A stretch of DNA of 64,000 bases from Leucoraja ocellata. Lineage: Eukaryota. Made by a program: the position numbers and the translations under genes. Shown piece after piece: positions 62,870 to 64,000 of the stretch. The stretch's first letter is position 1, and the number at the start of each line of letters is the position of its first letter. The notes under the pieces are model-generated. The model made no database searches, was not told the origin of the DNA, and saw only the letters and a program-made list of their open reading frames with translations. The stretch covers positions 1,612,001 through 1,676,000 of the forward strand of contig JAWMAR010000013.1 in assembly GCA_036785375.1 (NCBI GenBank). Direction: 5' to 3'.

Positions 62870-64000
62870 CTTCCAGCTGTTTCTAGTTCCCCTGTGTTGC
62901 TAGTTATGTTCCCATGTACACCCCCGACTTTGCTCCAAATGTACATCCAGCTGTTCCCAATTCTCATTGTGTTCTCAGCTGTTATCATTTCCCAGTCTCC
63001 TTGCAGTTGTATTCCCTTTTTCTCATCCTTTTCCAGCAGGGGCCTCAGAAACCAGGACCCCAGTTACCTGCTGGATTCCCAAGTTGTGGTGCTGTCCACA
63101 GGTTCCCTAGTTCCCAATGATCTCCCAGCTGGAGACCCAGTTTCCTGTATGCCTGTTGCTGGGGTACCAGTATCCAATGCATTTTCACCCAACTCCCAGC
63201 TACGTTCCTGCTTCCCGTGCATTCTCAGCTAGCGTCACATGTGCTCGTAGCAAGGAGTCCCTGTTTCTAGTGCGTTTCCACTAACATTCCCCATTCCGGG
63301 TGAACCTTCAGTTGTCGTTCCAGTTCCCAATGCAGTTGCAACTAAATTGCCAGATCCCAATGCATTCATAGTTCTCAGTATTAGTTGAAGCATCTGTTTG
63401 TGGCTGGAGCCTTGTTTTGGGTTACTTAACTTAGCAGGAGACTCAGTACTCAATATATTCTCAATGTATAGGAAGGAGCTGCAGATGCTGGTTTAAACCG
63501 AAGATAGACACAAAAAACTGGAGTAACTCAGGCAGCATCTCTGGAGAGAAGGAATGGCTGAAGTTGACGTCTGATGTAATGTCTCGACCCGAAATGTCAT
63601 CCATTCCTTCTCTCCAGAGATGCTGCCTGTCCTGAGTTACTCCAGCTTTTCGTGTCTATCTTATTCTCAATGATCTCAACTGGAGCTCTGATACCCAATC
63701 CACCCGCCTGCGTTCCCAGATCGCATTGAGTTCCTTACATGGCCCTTGACATCGAATTATTCTGGCTGCTTATTACCGCAAAGTACTGCACCACTTGTGT
63801 GCCATTCACCTAGTATACCAGCAGTCTCTGAGACCTGATGTTACATTCTTGGTGCTTCAGGTCAAACTGGGCTTCTCGTCGCATGCAAAAAATGGCAGGA
63901 ATTTACTATGTGTGCAGTCAGCTGGTGCCTCTGTTAGGCATGGTTTCCAGTGCAACTCCCGATGGGATCTTGGTTCCCAGAGTACTCCCAACTATGGTCC
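62870..64000. repeat. Degenerate tandem-like repeat region (gttccca / ccag.ttcc words)
   Basis: Recurrent gga..ccagttccc(a)atg-like words; no clean period. Confidence 0.4.
63467..63661. mobile_element. Fold-back Penelope-derived short element with 11-bp TSD
   Basis: Inverted arms (ctggagtaactcag..ctctggagagaaggaatgg / ccattccttctctccagag..ctgagttactccag); tattctcaatg at 63456-63466 and 63662-63672. Confidence 0.82.

Overview
Vertebrate genomic DNA. The repeat content (HE1/V-SINE-type SINEs, CR1, Neptune-type Penelope remnants) points to a cartilaginous fish, probably a skate or ray; this is inference. Two spliced genes can be reconstructed on the + strand. (1) The last four coding exons of AMBP (alpha-1-microglobulin/bikunin precursor): the RMRR cleavage and EGSG exon, two Kunitz exons, and the terminal exon with a tandem AATAAA. 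(2) The 5' part of EXD3 (Mut-7/Nibbler 3'-5' exonuclease): a CpG-rich promoter near 9.75-10.1 kb and 12 phase-compatible coding exons from 20615 to 62795 (459 codons, reaching the ExoI GIDMEW motif); the gene continues past the window. The introns contain CR1, L2, Rex1-like and Penelope retroelements, tRNA-derived SINEs, hAT and other MITEs, a solo LTR, a Gypsy gag remnant and degenerate minisatellites. The most notable observation is a recurring short Penelope-derived element with 8-11 bp target-site duplications, a minimal hammerhead-ribozyme-like core and frequent fold-back structure (retrozyme-like). Several near-perfect local hairpins also cluster in the EXD3 5' introns. Almost all listed ORFs outside the exons and LINE remnants are spurious.
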